This document shows, piece by piece, positions 10,383 to 19,894 of a stretch of DNA of 33,264 bases (positions are counted from its first letter, which is position 1; each line of letters opens with the position of its first letter). Position numbers and translations under genes: made by a program. The notes under the pieces are model-generated. The model was not told where the DNA came from. It saw nothing but the letters and a program-made list of their open reading frames with translations, and made no database searches. The stretch is taken from contig CAYOGP010000001.1 in assembly GCA_964403555.1 (NCBI GenBank), forward strand, positions 1-33,264. Reading direction: 5' to 3'. This stretch comes from an uncultured Spirochaetales bacterium. GTDB lineage: Bacteria; Myxococcota_A; UBA9160; UBA6930.

Positions 10383-11312
10383 ATGCCTATTAACGATTCT
10401 ACAACCGCCCTACTCAACGCTTTATCAGAACAGCAGGTTCCTTCTTTCTCTTCGATGACCCCGACTGATGCCCGCGCCCTATCGAATGAAGTGTTTAAGG
10501 TAAGTGACGACCAGAGAGTTCCGGTTGCCCATGTTGAAGATGGAACTTTTGAGGGTCCGGGAGGACCGGTGTCTTATCGTTGGTATTCACCTGATCCTGA
10601 AAAGAGATTGCCCACTATGCTCCACTATCACGGGGGAGGATGGGTGATAATGAACATTGGTACGCATGACGATTTGTGTAGACAGCTGGTCAGCCGTACA
10701 GGCTGTAATATGGTTTCTATTGATTACCGGTTGGCACCCGAGACATGTTTTCCAGGTGCAATAGACGATTGTTATGCGGCCCTATGCTGGGTGTTTGAAA
10801 ATCCGGAGCAGGTGGGAGCAAATCCAAATAAGCTAGGTGTTATCGGAGACAGTGCTGGAGGTAACCTTGCAGCCGCTGTTGCACTACGATCGAGAGACGA
10901 AGACGGTCCCAAGATTGGATGCCAAGTACTAACCTATCCGGCGGTGGATGCTGCGCTTACTTACCCTTCGATAAAGGAGAATGCTAGTGGATACCTCTTG
11001 GAGAAGGCAGATATGGAATATTTTTATGGCCACTACGTAGGGGATACCGACAAGAAGGAACCTTACCTTTCTCCAATCTATGCTAGTAGCTTCAGCGATC
11101 TTCCAAAGACCTTGGTTATTACCGCGGAATTTGATCCTCTTCGTGATGAGGGCCAAGATTACGCGAAAAAATTGCAAGGCGCTGGAGTGGCGACTGAGCA
11201 TAAGATGTTCGAAGGTACAATTCATGGGTTCTTGTTATTTCCGCAACTACTGCCCCAAGCGGTAGAGGCCTTCGAACTTGAAGCAGACTTCATTAAGAGA
11301 TCGCTTTGTTAG
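10383..11312 (+). CDS. Family IV (hormone-sensitive-lipase type) esterase/lipase.
   Basis: HYHGGGW oxyanion motif, GDSAGGNLA nucleophile motif, DPLRDEG acid motif and HGF His motif. AGGAGG lies 5 nt upstream of the ATG. Confidence 0.9.
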   Translation: MPINDSTTALLNALSEQQVPSFSSMTPTDARALSNEVFKVSDDQRVPVAHVEDGTFEGPGGPVSYRWYSPDPEKRLPTMLHYHGGGWVIMNIGTHDDLCRQLVSRTGCNMVSIDYRLAPETCFPGAIDDCYAALCWVFENPEQVGANPNKLGVIGDSAGGNLAAAVALRSRDEDGPKIGCQVLTYPAVDAALTYPSIKENASGYLLEKADMEYFYGHYVGDTDKKEPYLSPIYASSFSDLPKTLVITAEFDPLRDEGQDYAKKLQGAGVATEHKMFEGTIHGFLLFPQLLPQAVEAFELEADFIKRSLC

Positions 11313-11368
11313 TCGAGGGTCCGAATTTCTTAAAGGACGTTAAGTGAGCCTTACCTGCCTCTGGTTTT

Positions 11369-12409
11369 CTAAGAGGCTCTGGGTGAACGAAAGCTTGCGA
11401 GGCGACCAGCTAGAAGGTCTGCCAGTGCCTTGGTCTGTTCGAACTTAGAGAGAAGAATTTTCGCTACAACGAGGATAGGCGTAGCCAAAAGCATGCCGGC
11501 TACTCCCCAAAGCATTCCCCAAAAAATCAAACCCGAAAGGATTACCACTGGATGCAGGTCGAGACTGTCTTTCATCCATTTAGGTTCAAGAATATTTCCT
11601 AAGACAAAATGAATTACTGCAGGGAGTGTAATAGCGAGAGTTATTTGAGGTCCTGTAAGACTTAACATTAGAGGGATTGGTAGGAGGATGGCCAGAAATG
11701 ATCCTATGCTCGGTACAAAGTTTAGTAGAAAGGTGAGAAGGCCGAACGCAAGTGCCATTGGAACACCAATTGTCCAAAGAGTCAGGCCGACAAGAATGCC
11801 TGTAAGAGCTGAGACTAGACTTTTTATTACGATATAGCGCTGAATTCGCCCTTCTATTTCTGCCCAGATCCCGGAGGAAGAACTGCTGCGGCTTTGTCCA
11901 ATCATGAGAAAAACGACGAAGATAATCACGAGGAGAGATTTTGAAAGAATTTCTAAAAACGTGTCGGTCGCGCCAAGAATTAGGGGCCCGACTGCGGAAA
12001 CCGGCACGAGGGACGAAGTATGGCCAGCCTCCTTTATGTAATTTCCCACCCATGCTGGAAACTGGCTTCCCGCGAGGGCGACCAAGTTAGCTGCCATTTC
12101 TTGATACGTCTCAGCGTTGTTGGAAAGCTGGCTAATCGATGCTGAAATTACTGAACTGATAAGGGCAAATGCTAGGCCCGCTAATATAATAGTTGCACCG
12201 ACTGCAGGTGCGCGTGGAATCCGTAGTTTTATTTCAAACCAACGAATAAGAGCGGACAGGCCAACCGTCACGAACAAGGAAAGTACCAGAGGAATTAGGA
12301 CCGGTTGGAGCCACCTGATAGCCACTCCTGTCAGGATGGTGGCTATTATGACTAGGCTGACCGTATCAACCTTTCTGGTCACCTTTTCCTTCTCCTGGCT
12401 CTGGTTCAT
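11369..12409 (-). CDS. AI-2E family (PerM/UPF0118) membrane transporter.
   Basis: 346-aa polytopic hydrophobic ORF. Its length and the C-terminal GLIFWGMLWGVAGMLLATPIL pattern are typical of AI-2E/PerM permeases. Confidence 0.8.
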   Translation of the reverse strand: MNQSQEKEKVTRKVDTVSLVIIATILTGVAIRWLQPVLIPLVLSLFVTVGLSALIRWFEIKLRIPRAPAVGATIILAGLAFALISSVISASISQLSNNAETYQEMAANLVALAGSQFPAWVGNYIKEAGHTSSLVPVSAVGPLILGATDTFLEILSKSLLVIIFVVFLMIGQSRSSSSSGIWAEIEGRIQRYIVIKSLVSALTGILVGLTLWTIGVPMALAFGLLTFLLNFVPSIGSFLAILLPIPLMLSLTGPQITLAITLPAVIHFVLGNILEPKWMKDSLDLHPVVILSGLIFWGMLWGVAGMLLATPILVVAKILLSKFEQTKALADLLAGRLASFRSPRAS

Positions 12410-12467
12410 TTAGTTCCTTTGTCTCTACACCGGCGAGTCGAGGGGAGTTGCGCGATGATAACGATCA

Positions 12468-14021
12468 ATGACTAATTTGGCTGGCAGAATAACCACCGTC
12501 TCGAAGAGGATTGTTTGGTTTGCAGCGATGCTTGTTGTCGTAGGAGGGCTCTTGTCCTGCGCGAAGCAGGAGCAGCAGGCTGTGCCTCAAAATCAGGCAG
12601 CTAGGGATCCGCGCAATATTCTGCTGTCCCATGAGGGTGCCGATCGAAAGGTAGGAGAGGCGGCAGCAGAAGAAGTTAAGAGCGAGATGGGACTTTATGA
12701 GGATCCTTATATCACGAAATATGTAAATACGTTAGGCAGACGGCTAGTTGCTTACGCCCCCAGAAGATCTTTCGACTATAAGTTTTTAATAGTAGATCAG
12801 GATATCCCCAATGCATTCGCTCTACCGGGTGGGTTTATATATTTATCACGTGGTCTTTTAGCCTTGTCTAATTCGGAAGATGAACTTGCTAATGTTTTAA
12901 GCCACGAGATTAGTCATGTCGCTGCTCGTCATGCTTCTGGCCGGCAGACCATATCTCAGCGAGGGAAGTTACTTGGCTTGCCGGGAGCAGTCTTAGGTGC
13001 TGTTTTTGGTGAAAGTGTGGGAGAGCGCGTTGCAAAATCGATTAATCTTACTAATCCCGGATATATCGCGGCCTATAGTCGAGCTCAGGAAAATGCCGCT
13101 GATCGTGTTGGCCAAAAAACAATAAGTCGCGCAGGCTTTGACCCTGGAGGCCTAGCGAGCTTCCTCCAAGGACTCGAAGCGACGGTGAGATTGAAGTTTG
13201 GTCGATCGAGAATTCCAGGATTTTTCGATACTCATCCCACTACTCCGCGTCGAGCCGCAGCAGCTTCAAGTTATGCACAAACCTTGTCTTGGAGTCGTCG
13301 AAGAGGAATCGCTGAGGATCAAAGTGACTTTCTTTCTAAGCTAGACGGTCTGATCGTTGGACAAAACCCTGCTGAAGGGGTTTTTCGTGGAGATCGTTTT
13401 CTTCACTCTGGTTTAAAGTTCTCTTTACAATTTCCAAAAGGCTGGGAAGTACAAAACACTCGACACGCAGTTAATTCTCGATCCTCTGACCGCAAGTCTA
13501 CTTTTGTACTTGAGATGGACAGTGAGGGTGACGATGCAAAGTCAGCTGCCAACAATTACGTTATAACGAAGGCAGGTAAGCAGGGGTTCCAACCGATCTC
13601 TGGTCGGTCAATTCGATTGGGTACTCTGGATGCTTTTCGCCTATCAGGAAAAGCTACGGCGGCCCAAAATCGTATTCTCGACATCGAAATGACTTTTATT
13701 GCATTTGGAGGAAGAATCTACAGGGTAACGGGTACGACTCAAGAGGGAGTCTTTGCTAGACATAAAGGAACGTTCAGGAGTGCAGTTCGAAGTTTCAGAG
13801 GGTTGACAAAGGAAGAGTTGGAATCGATACAGGTGACTCGTCTAAAAATTTCCAGAGCAAAATTGGATGAGACTCTTAGTGATCTGTCAAAGAGAACCGG
13901 GAACACTTGGACGCTACAAAAAACCGCTGTTTTTAATGGATTGTCGCCGAACGCGAGTTTGGATGAAGGACAAATGGTTAAGGTGGCTTTGCAAGAGCCG
14001 TACAACGAGATCTCAGAGTAA
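12468..14021 (+). CDS. M48-family zinc metallopeptidase, predicted lipoprotein, with an uncharacterised C-terminal extension.
   Basis: Signal peptide ending in the lipobox LLSC (Cys31). NAFALPGGFIYLSRGLL and the HEISH zinc motif are present. About 230 C-terminal residues show no motif I recognise. Confidence 0.85.
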   Translation: MTNLAGRITTVSKRIVWFAAMLVVVGGLLSCAKQEQQAVPQNQAARDPRNILLSHEGADRKVGEAAAEEVKSEMGLYEDPYITKYVNTLGRRLVAYAPRRSFDYKFLIVDQDIPNAFALPGGFIYLSRGLLALSNSEDELANVLSHEISHVAARHASGRQTISQRGKLLGLPGAVLGAVFGESVGERVAKSINLTNPGYIAAYSRAQENAADRVGQKTISRAGFDPGGLASFLQGLEATVRLKFGRSRIPGFFDTHPTTPRRAAAASSYAQTLSWSRRRGIAEDQSDFLSKLDGLIVGQNPAEGVFRGDRFLHSGLKFSLQFPKGWEVQNTRHAVNSRSSDRKSTFVLEMDSEGDDAKSAANNYVITKAGKQGFQPISGRSIRLGTLDAFRLSGKATAAQNRILDIEMTFIAFGGRIYRVTGTTQEGVFARHKGTFRSAVRSFRGLTKEELESIQVTRLKISRAKLDETLSDLSKRTGNTWTLQKTAVFNGLSPNASLDEGQMVKVALQEPYNEISE

Positions 14022-14072
14022 ATTTTGTGATAGCCTATGGTTTCAAGGAACTGAGGTTTAGGGAGAACGAAA

Positions 14073-15287
14073 ATGGATTTTGAATACAGCGATAAGACTA
14101 AATATCATTTGGGTCTAGTCCAAGATTTTATGGATAAGAATGTTTATCCCAATGAATCTACTTGGATCGAACAAATGGAATCCTTCGGGGAAGATCGCTG
14201 GCAGGTACCTCCCATCTTAGACGAGCTCAAGGCTAAGGCGAAAAGCGAGGGTCTATGGAATCTCTTTTTGCCAGAAAGTGACCGTGGAGCAGGATTGACC
14301 AATCTTGAATACGCTCCATTGAGTGAGGTAATGGGTCGAATTAGTTGGGCATCTGAGGTTTTTAATTGTTCAGCTCCCGACACTGGGAATATGGAGGTTT
14401 TGGAGCGTTATGCGTCCGATTCTAATAAGGAACGTTGGCTAGGCCCGCTGCTTAATGGAGAAATCCGATCTGCTTATATTATGACGGAGCCTGACGTAGC
14501 ATCGTCTGACGCCACAAATATTCGTACGGAAATTAAGAAAGATGGGGACGAATATGTCTTAAATGGAAGAAAATGGTGGAGTTCGGGGGTCATGGATCCC
14601 CGGTGTAAAATTATGATAGTCATGGGAAGAACTAATCCTGAAGGGGATAGGCATCATCAGCAGAGCCAAATTTTGGTTCCTCTCGAAACGCCAGGTGTTC
14701 ACATAAAAAGGTTCTTACCGGTATTCGGTTTTGACGATGCACCCCACGGCCATGCGGAACTAGAGTTTAAAGATGCTCGTGTGCCGGCCGAAAACATACT
14801 TCTTGGCGAAGGTAGAGGATTTGAGATAGCGCAAGGTCGACTCGGACCTGGTCGAATTCATCATTGCATGCGAATTATAGGGGTGGCGGAGCGAGCCCTC
14901 GAGAAAATGTGCGAGAGACTGCTTTCACGCGAGGCATTTGGGAAAAAGATTGCCGAACATTCCATATGGGAAGAGCGTATAGCAGATGCTCGAATTGAAA
15001 TTGAAGCATCTCGACTTCTGACCTTAAAGGCTGCACACATGATGGATACAGTTGGAAATAAAGTTGCAGCGGCTGAGATCGCTATGATTAAAGTTAAGGC
15101 TCCCGTTATGGCATGTAAGATCATTGACGACGCAATTCAGGCTCATGGAGGTGGAGGAGTCACCTCGGACTTCGGGCTTGCAAAATCTTATTCAAGTGTT
15201 CGAACCCTAAGGCTAGCTGATGGACCCGATGAGGTTCATCGTCGCGCTGTCGCACGGTTAGAGCTTCGGAAGCATCGCGATAACTAA
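14073..15287 (+). CDS. Acyl-CoA dehydrogenase of the FadE2 / ACAD10-ACAD11 subfamily.
   Basis: 404-aa ORF with [38 protein letters not shown] and [11 protein letters not shown]. As I recall them, these strings are characteristic of the ACAD10/11-FadE2 clade. GGGAGA lies upstream of the ATG. Confidence 0.88.
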   Translation: MDFEYSDKTKYHLGLVQDFMDKNVYPNESTWIEQMESFGEDRWQVPPILDELKAKAKSEGLWNLFLPESDRGAGLTNLEYAPLSEVMGRISWASEVFNCSAPDTGNMEVLERYASDSNKERWLGPLLNGEIRSAYIMTEPDVASSDATNIRTEIKKDGDEYVLNGRKWWSSGVMDPRCKIMIVMGRTNPEGDRHHQQSQILVPLETPGVHIKRFLPVFGFDDAPHGHAELEFKDARVPAENILLGEGRGFEIAQGRLGPGRIHHCMRIIGVAERALEKMCERLLSREAFGKKIAEHSIWEERIADARIEIEASRLLTLKAAHMMDTVGNKVAAAEIAMIKVKAPVMACKIIDDAIQAHGGGGVTSDFGLAKSYSSVRTLRLADGPDEVHRRAVARLELRKHRDN

Positions 15288-15383
15288 ATAGTCGGGTTTT
15301 TGAAACTAAAATATTAATTCGATCAGGTGTTTGTTGAAGAATGAAATCACGCTTCAGCCTCTGCATTCTTATGAAAACCTAAG

Positions 15384-16628
15384 ATGCCACACGTTATCAT
15401 CGTAGGCGCAGGTATAAGCGGACTATCTTGTGCGCGACAGCTTTATAAGTCGGGTTGTGAAGTAACTGTCTTAGAGAAAGAAGATGGTCCTGGCGGGCGA
15501 GTGCGAACTGATAAGAAAAATGGTTTTCTTTTAGATCGCGGATTTCAAGTTCTTCTCACTGGTTATCCTGAGGTGAGATCGGGCCTCGATATTTCAGCGT
15601 TGATGTGTCATGCATTTCGTTCCGGTGCTCGAATTTTCAAAGATGGTCGCTTTAGCACGATAGGAGATCCGAGTAAGAGGCTCTTCGACCTCCCATCTAC
15701 TCTCGTGAGTCCAGTAGCTACTTTGATGGATAAATTACGTTTGTGGAATTTTCGTCGAAAAATTTCCTCAATGTCCCTCAATCAAATATTCTCTCGCCGA
15801 GAACAAAGCACTATAGAAGTACTAGACGAGATTGGATTTTCAACGAACTTTATAGAATCTTTCTTTCGACCTTTTTTTGGTGGAGTTTTTCTCCAGAGAG
15901 ATCTTTGTACTTCAAGTCGTTTTTTCGAGTTTGTTTTTCGAACTTTTGCAATGGGTGATACCGTCTTGCCTAAATTCGGTATGCAGGCTATTCCGAATCA
16001 AATAGCGAGTTCATTACCCAAAAAATCATTTCGCTTTTCCTCTTTAGTTAAAGAAGTAGAAACTAACGCAGTAGCTCTTGAGAATGGGGAGATTATAAAA
16101 AGCGATGCAGTAGTGCTCTGTTCTGGACCAATTGCGAATGCTAGATTTGTCGATCTGCCAGAGCCTTCGGTCAATGGGACAATAAATTTGTATTATTCTT
16201 CGGATGTAGACCCTTATCTTGATCCTATTCTGACATTAAATGCTAATCCGACTGGTTTTGTAAATTTGATGTTTCCAGTTAATAGAGTTGCTCCCAGCTA
16301 TTCCCCGAGAGGCGTATCTCTGATATCTGTGACACTGCGCGAAAGTTCAAATATGTCAGTGAAAGATATTGACGAGAAAGTGCGTGAAGAACTGGGAGAA
16401 TGGTACGGCTCCAAGATTTTGGATTCATGGAAACTACTGAGACTTTATCGTATTAGGGAAGCGCTACCTTGTCAAAACAAGTCGAATCTACGTCAAGTGT
16501 CTCGCAGTCCAGCGGAACGAGAAGGTTTATTTCTCGCTGGAGATTATTTAGAAATCGCTTCGCTCTCTGGTGCTTTAAGGTCAGGACGTCTTGCCGCAAA
16601 CGCAGTAGTGAAAAGGCTCGCACCTTGA
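15384..16628 (+). CDS. NAD(P)/FAD-dependent oxidoreductase (amine-oxidase / phytoene-desaturase-like fold).
   Basis: N-terminal dinucleotide-binding motif VIIVGAGISGLSCA...VLEKEDGPGGR and a C-terminal LFLAGDY motif. Confidence 0.82.
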   Translation: MPHVIIVGAGISGLSCARQLYKSGCEVTVLEKEDGPGGRVRTDKKNGFLLDRGFQVLLTGYPEVRSGLDISALMCHAFRSGARIFKDGRFSTIGDPSKRLFDLPSTLVSPVATLMDKLRLWNFRRKISSMSLNQIFSRREQSTIEVLDEIGFSTNFIESFFRPFFGGVFLQRDLCTSSRFFEFVFRTFAMGDTVLPKFGMQAIPNQIASSLPKKSFRFSSLVKEVETNAVALENGEIIKSDAVVLCSGPIANARFVDLPEPSVNGTINLYYSSDVDPYLDPILTLNANPTGFVNLMFPVNRVAPSYSPRGVSLISVTLRESSNMSVKDIDEKVREELGEWYGSKILDSWKLLRLYRIREALPCQNKSNLRQVSRSPAEREGLFLAGDYLEIASLSGALRSGRLAANAVVKRLAP

Positions 16629-16629
16629 T

Positions 16630-17478
16630 CTAGCCGATCGTTTCTGCGAGAGATTTCCTTTCGTCGAGCAACGGCAATAATTTCTCAATCTTTTCAGGCA
16701 TAAGCAGGAAAATGACCCTGTGGACTCCAGCGTTTGCTAGTTCTCTGAGTTCTTCCTCATCAGGGTTCGGACCGAAAATTGTAACCTCGAGCTCGTCCGG
16801 ATTTCTGCCGCTGTCTTCTGCCATTTTCCTAAACTTTGGAATCAAGTCCGAAATTGGTTCTGACTCGCGTGCAAGGATCGGAAACCAACCGTTGCCGTAC
16901 CTTACTGCTCTTCGCGCCGCGCCAGGGAACGACCCCCCTACGTGGATGGGAGGAAAGGGTTTCTGGACAGGTTTCGGCCAGGCGAAGATCGGATCAAACT
17001 TTACGAGGTCGCCCTTATAAGACGCTTCATCTTGCGTCCATATTTCCTTCATTGCTTCAATCCGCTCCCTCATGAGCTTGAAACGTCCGACGAAGGGAGT
17101 ACCGTGATTCTCTATTTCTTCTCCACACCATCCGCCGCCAATGCCGAAGAGAAATCTTCCATTCGAAAGGACATCAAGTGTTGCTACCTCCTTTGCCAGC
17201 TGAATAGGATCACGTTGAACGACTAGGCAAATACCAGTTCCTAAAAGTAATTTGTCGGTGACCGCAGCTGCTGCAGAAAGTGCTGAAAAGGGATCGAGCA
17301 CGTCGTAGTACATTTTAGGAACCGTGTCTCCTCCCGGCCACGGCATCACACGATTGACAGGCTGGTGCGTATGCTCTGGAAACCATAGCGATTCAAAGCC
17401 TCGCTCTTCTGTTGCTTGAGCGATCTCTACGGGAGTTGCCGAATAATCCGTGGGGAATAAAGTAATTGCGTATTTCAT
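16630..17478 (-). CDS. LLM-class (probably F420-dependent) oxidoreductase, second paralogue in the window.
   Basis: 282-aa ORF with FESLWFPEHTH, LDVLSNGRFLFGIGGGW and PPIHVGGSFPGAARRAVRYGNGW. Its ATG overlaps the stop of the upstream MBL gene (ATGA at 17475-17478). Confidence 0.82.
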   Translation of the reverse strand: MKYAITLFPTDYSATPVEIAQATEERGFESLWFPEHTHQPVNRVMPWPGGDTVPKMYYDVLDPFSALSAAAAVTDKLLLGTGICLVVQRDPIQLAKEVATLDVLSNGRFLFGIGGGWCGEEIENHGTPFVGRFKLMRERIEAMKEIWTQDEASYKGDLVKFDPIFAWPKPVQKPFPPIHVGGSFPGAARRAVRYGNGWFPILARESEPISDLIPKFRKMAEDSGRNPDELEVTIFGPNPDEEELRELANAGVHRVIFLLMPEKIEKLLPLLDERKSLAETIG

Positions 17479-18272
17479 GAAATCTCTAAGGGTGCTTGAG
17501 GGATGTTCTTCCAGAACTCTAAGTCATGGCCGTAGAATATTCTAGCGCCCGAATTTTGAAGTTTTCTTAACCTGAGAAGCGATTCCCTTTGCATTTCGAA
17601 ATCGTAAGAAAATGTTGGAAGTTTTAGCGTTTCCAAAGTTTCTTTGAAGTAGCAAGCATCTCCCGTTAGAACGACGTCGCCTCCATCTAAACGGACCCTC
17701 AATGACTGGTGGCCCGGAGTATGTCCATAAGTGGGGATACAAGTTAAGGTCCCATCACCAAAGATATCATGCTCTCCGTCCGCGAGAATTACAGAATGTC
17801 CCAAGTCGTAATCACGAGGATTGAAGCCATTCTTTCTTTGAGAGTCGGGCTCACTTCCGGCTTCCCATTCAGGTCGTTGGATGACAAGGTTCGCATTAGG
17901 AACCATTTCATTCCCACCGGCATGATCGAAATGCAGGTGCGAATTGACAATAAAATTGATGGACCCTGGGTCCACGTTTATGGATTCTAGACGTGCCTTG
18001 ATGTCTTCTCCTTGTGCGTATTCAACTTCGAACGCCTTCGCGAGGCCTCCTAGACGATCTTCTGGAGATTCTCTCAACTGTGGGTGTAATCCGGTATCGA
18101 ACAAAACCCGACCTTTTGGATGTTCGATAAGATAACTTGGAATGGGTAGAGCAATCCGCCCCTTAAGTCCTTCCATAAAAGGCGCCGCATTTGCATGTAG
18201 ATAGCCGCAAGTCATTGCTCGCATTCGAACTGTCACGTTGTTTTTCTCCTTAGCCTGAATAGATAATACCAT
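17475..18272 (-). CDS. MBL-fold metallo-hydrolase of the N-acyl-homoserine-lactonase (AiiA-like) type.
   Basis: 265-aa ORF with NSHLHFDHAGGN (HxHxDH), YGHTPGH and LTGDACY metal-ligand motifs. Substrate is unknown. Confidence 0.82.
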   Translation of the reverse strand: MVLSIQAKEKNNVTVRMRAMTCGYLHANAAPFMEGLKGRIALPIPSYLIEHPKGRVLFDTGLHPQLRESPEDRLGGLAKAFEVEYAQGEDIKARLESINVDPGSINFIVNSHLHFDHAGGNEMVPNANLVIQRPEWEAGSEPDSQRKNGFNPRDYDLGHSVILADGEHDIFGDGTLTCIPTYGHTPGHQSLRVRLDGGDVVLTGDACYFKETLETLKLPTFSYDFEMQRESLLRLRKLQNSGARIFYGHDLEFWKNIPQAPLEIS

Positions 18273-18293
18273 TTAGAATAATTCAAGTTTAAA

Positions 18294-18917
18294 TTATCTG
18301 ATTAGTTCAATTTCTAATATATTTCCGAGTTCCCGGAGTGCTTTTTTTGGATCATCAACTTTAATCGTGGTGAAGCCGAGTAATTTTGCTGCTTTAAGAT
18401 TTCTTCCAATGTCGTCTAAAAACACTATCGAATTTGGAGAAACAGACAAAGTATCGCAGACATGTTCGTAAATACGAGGGTCAGGTTTTCGCATTCCGAG
18501 TTCACTAGATTCAAAAAAGAAATCAAAATAGTCTTTAATCGCGCCAGTACCTTCGCGATCATTTTTCCAATTATTAGTCAATGCTGCTACTTGTAAGTTA
18601 GACTTTCGAATCCTTCGAATCGCTTCCAGCATTTCACTTCTCGGTTTTGTAACATCGCTTATTCTTTTCATTAAATCGTAAGATGAGACTCTGAATCCCG
18701 CTTCTCTGCACTCTTGTTCAAAATCAGAAAAAAATTGCTTCATAGTTATCACACCGCATTCTAACCGGGACCAAGACCCCGCAAGTCCAGTTTCACCTAT
18801 CACGCGATTAATCGAGCCAGGTTTTATTCCCTCTAGCGCCTCATATTCAGAAATAACATGAAGAGGAGATCCCAAGACTACGCCACCTAAATCGAAAAGT
18901 ACTAATCTAAAGTTCAT
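18294..18917 (-). CDS. HAD-superfamily hydrolase, subfamily IA (epoxide-hydrolase-N-terminal / ACAD10-N-terminal like).
   Basis: Motif I LFDLGGVV, LTNN (motif II region), KPDPRIY and FLDDIGRNL (motifs III/IV). I prefer the ATG at 18917; a TTG at 18956 is the alternative. No clear Shine-Dalgarno sequence precedes either start. Confidence 0.8.
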   Translation of the reverse strand: MNFRLVLFDLGGVVLGSPLHVISEYEALEGIKPGSINRVIGETGLAGSWSRLECGVITMKQFFSDFEQECREAGFRVSSYDLMKRISDVTKPRSEMLEAIRRIRKSNLQVAALTNNWKNDREGTGAIKDYFDFFFESSELGMRKPDPRIYEHVCDTLSVSPNSIVFLDDIGRNLKAAKLLGFTTIKVDDPKKALRELGNILEIELIR

Positions 18918-19111
18918 GAGAGTGAAGATAGCGTGCTTGTTTCCGATTGTGACCAAAGTGAGAAAGACAGTCAGTGCTAGTAAGACGAAATTTGTGATAA
19001 AGGTGGTATAAATCAGTTACTTAATTGTTATGTCGAAGTGCATTCCAGGAGATAACCTGGTAGGTCAATAGGGGAGAGCTAGAATTTATATCTCGATTGA
19101 GGTGGCTAGAA

Positions 19112-19894
19112 ATGACGTCGACTATTCGAGTTGAAAAATTGACGCAAAGGTTTCATGGAATGAGTCATCCGGCTGTTCGCGACGTGAGCTTTGCGGTTGA
19201 AAAATCAGAATGTGTCGCACTCATAGGTAGTTCTGGTAGTGGAAAGACTACTCTTTTGAAGAGTATTAATAGACTAATTGAAGTGGAAGAAAGTAAGATA
19301 TTTATAGACAACAAAGATATCCGGTTGTCTTTAGCCCATGAGCTCCGGCGCCGCATAGGATATGTGTTCCAACAAGTGGGCCTCTTTCCTCATCTTTCAG
19401 TTTCTGAGAATATCGCCATAACTCCTGACCTACTTTGTTGGTCGATTGAGAAAATGCGACGTAGGGTAGATGAACTTCTTGATTTAGTGGAGCTGGAACC
19501 GAAGAGGTACCGCGATAGAAACCCTTCTCAGCTCTCGGGGGGGCAGCAACAACGAGTTGGCTTAGCTCGGGCGCTAGCAGTTTCTCCCGATGTTCTTCTG
19601 CTCGATGAACCATTTGGGGCTTTAGATCCTGTAACTAGAGAAAGATTACAAGAATCTTTTTGTAAAATTATTCAGACACTAAAACCAACGGTGATATTTG
19701 TTACCCACGATATGGTAGAGGCGCTCTTGGTTGCGGATCGCATTGGAGTAATGGCCGATGGAGTACTCTTGCAGATTGACAAGCCAGCAACTTTGCTTAA
19801 CGAGCCGGCCACATCCCAAGTTGCGGCGCTATTTGAGGCACCTCGCCGGCAAAGCGCAATTCTCTCAGGCTGGTTGAAACAACCTAATGTTTAG
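19112..19894 (+). CDS. ABC transporter ATP-binding protein (osmoprotectant / quaternary-amine uptake type).
   Basis: Walker A GSSGSGKTT, signature LSGGQQQRV and Walker B LLLDEP. The ATG at 19112 is preceded by GAGGTGG; the ORF-track start at 19097 is TTG. There is no C-terminal CBS domain. Confidence 0.88.
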   Translation: MTSTIRVEKLTQRFHGMSHPAVRDVSFAVEKSECVALIGSSGSGKTTLLKSINRLIEVEESKIFIDNKDIRLSLAHELRRRIGYVFQQVGLFPHLSVSENIAITPDLLCWSIEKMRRRVDELLDLVELEPKRYRDRNPSQLSGGQQQRVGLARALAVSPDVLLLDEPFGALDPVTRERLQESFCKIIQTLKPTVIFVTHDMVEALLVADRIGVMADGVLLQIDKPATLLNEPATSQVAALFEAPRRQSAILSGWLKQPNV

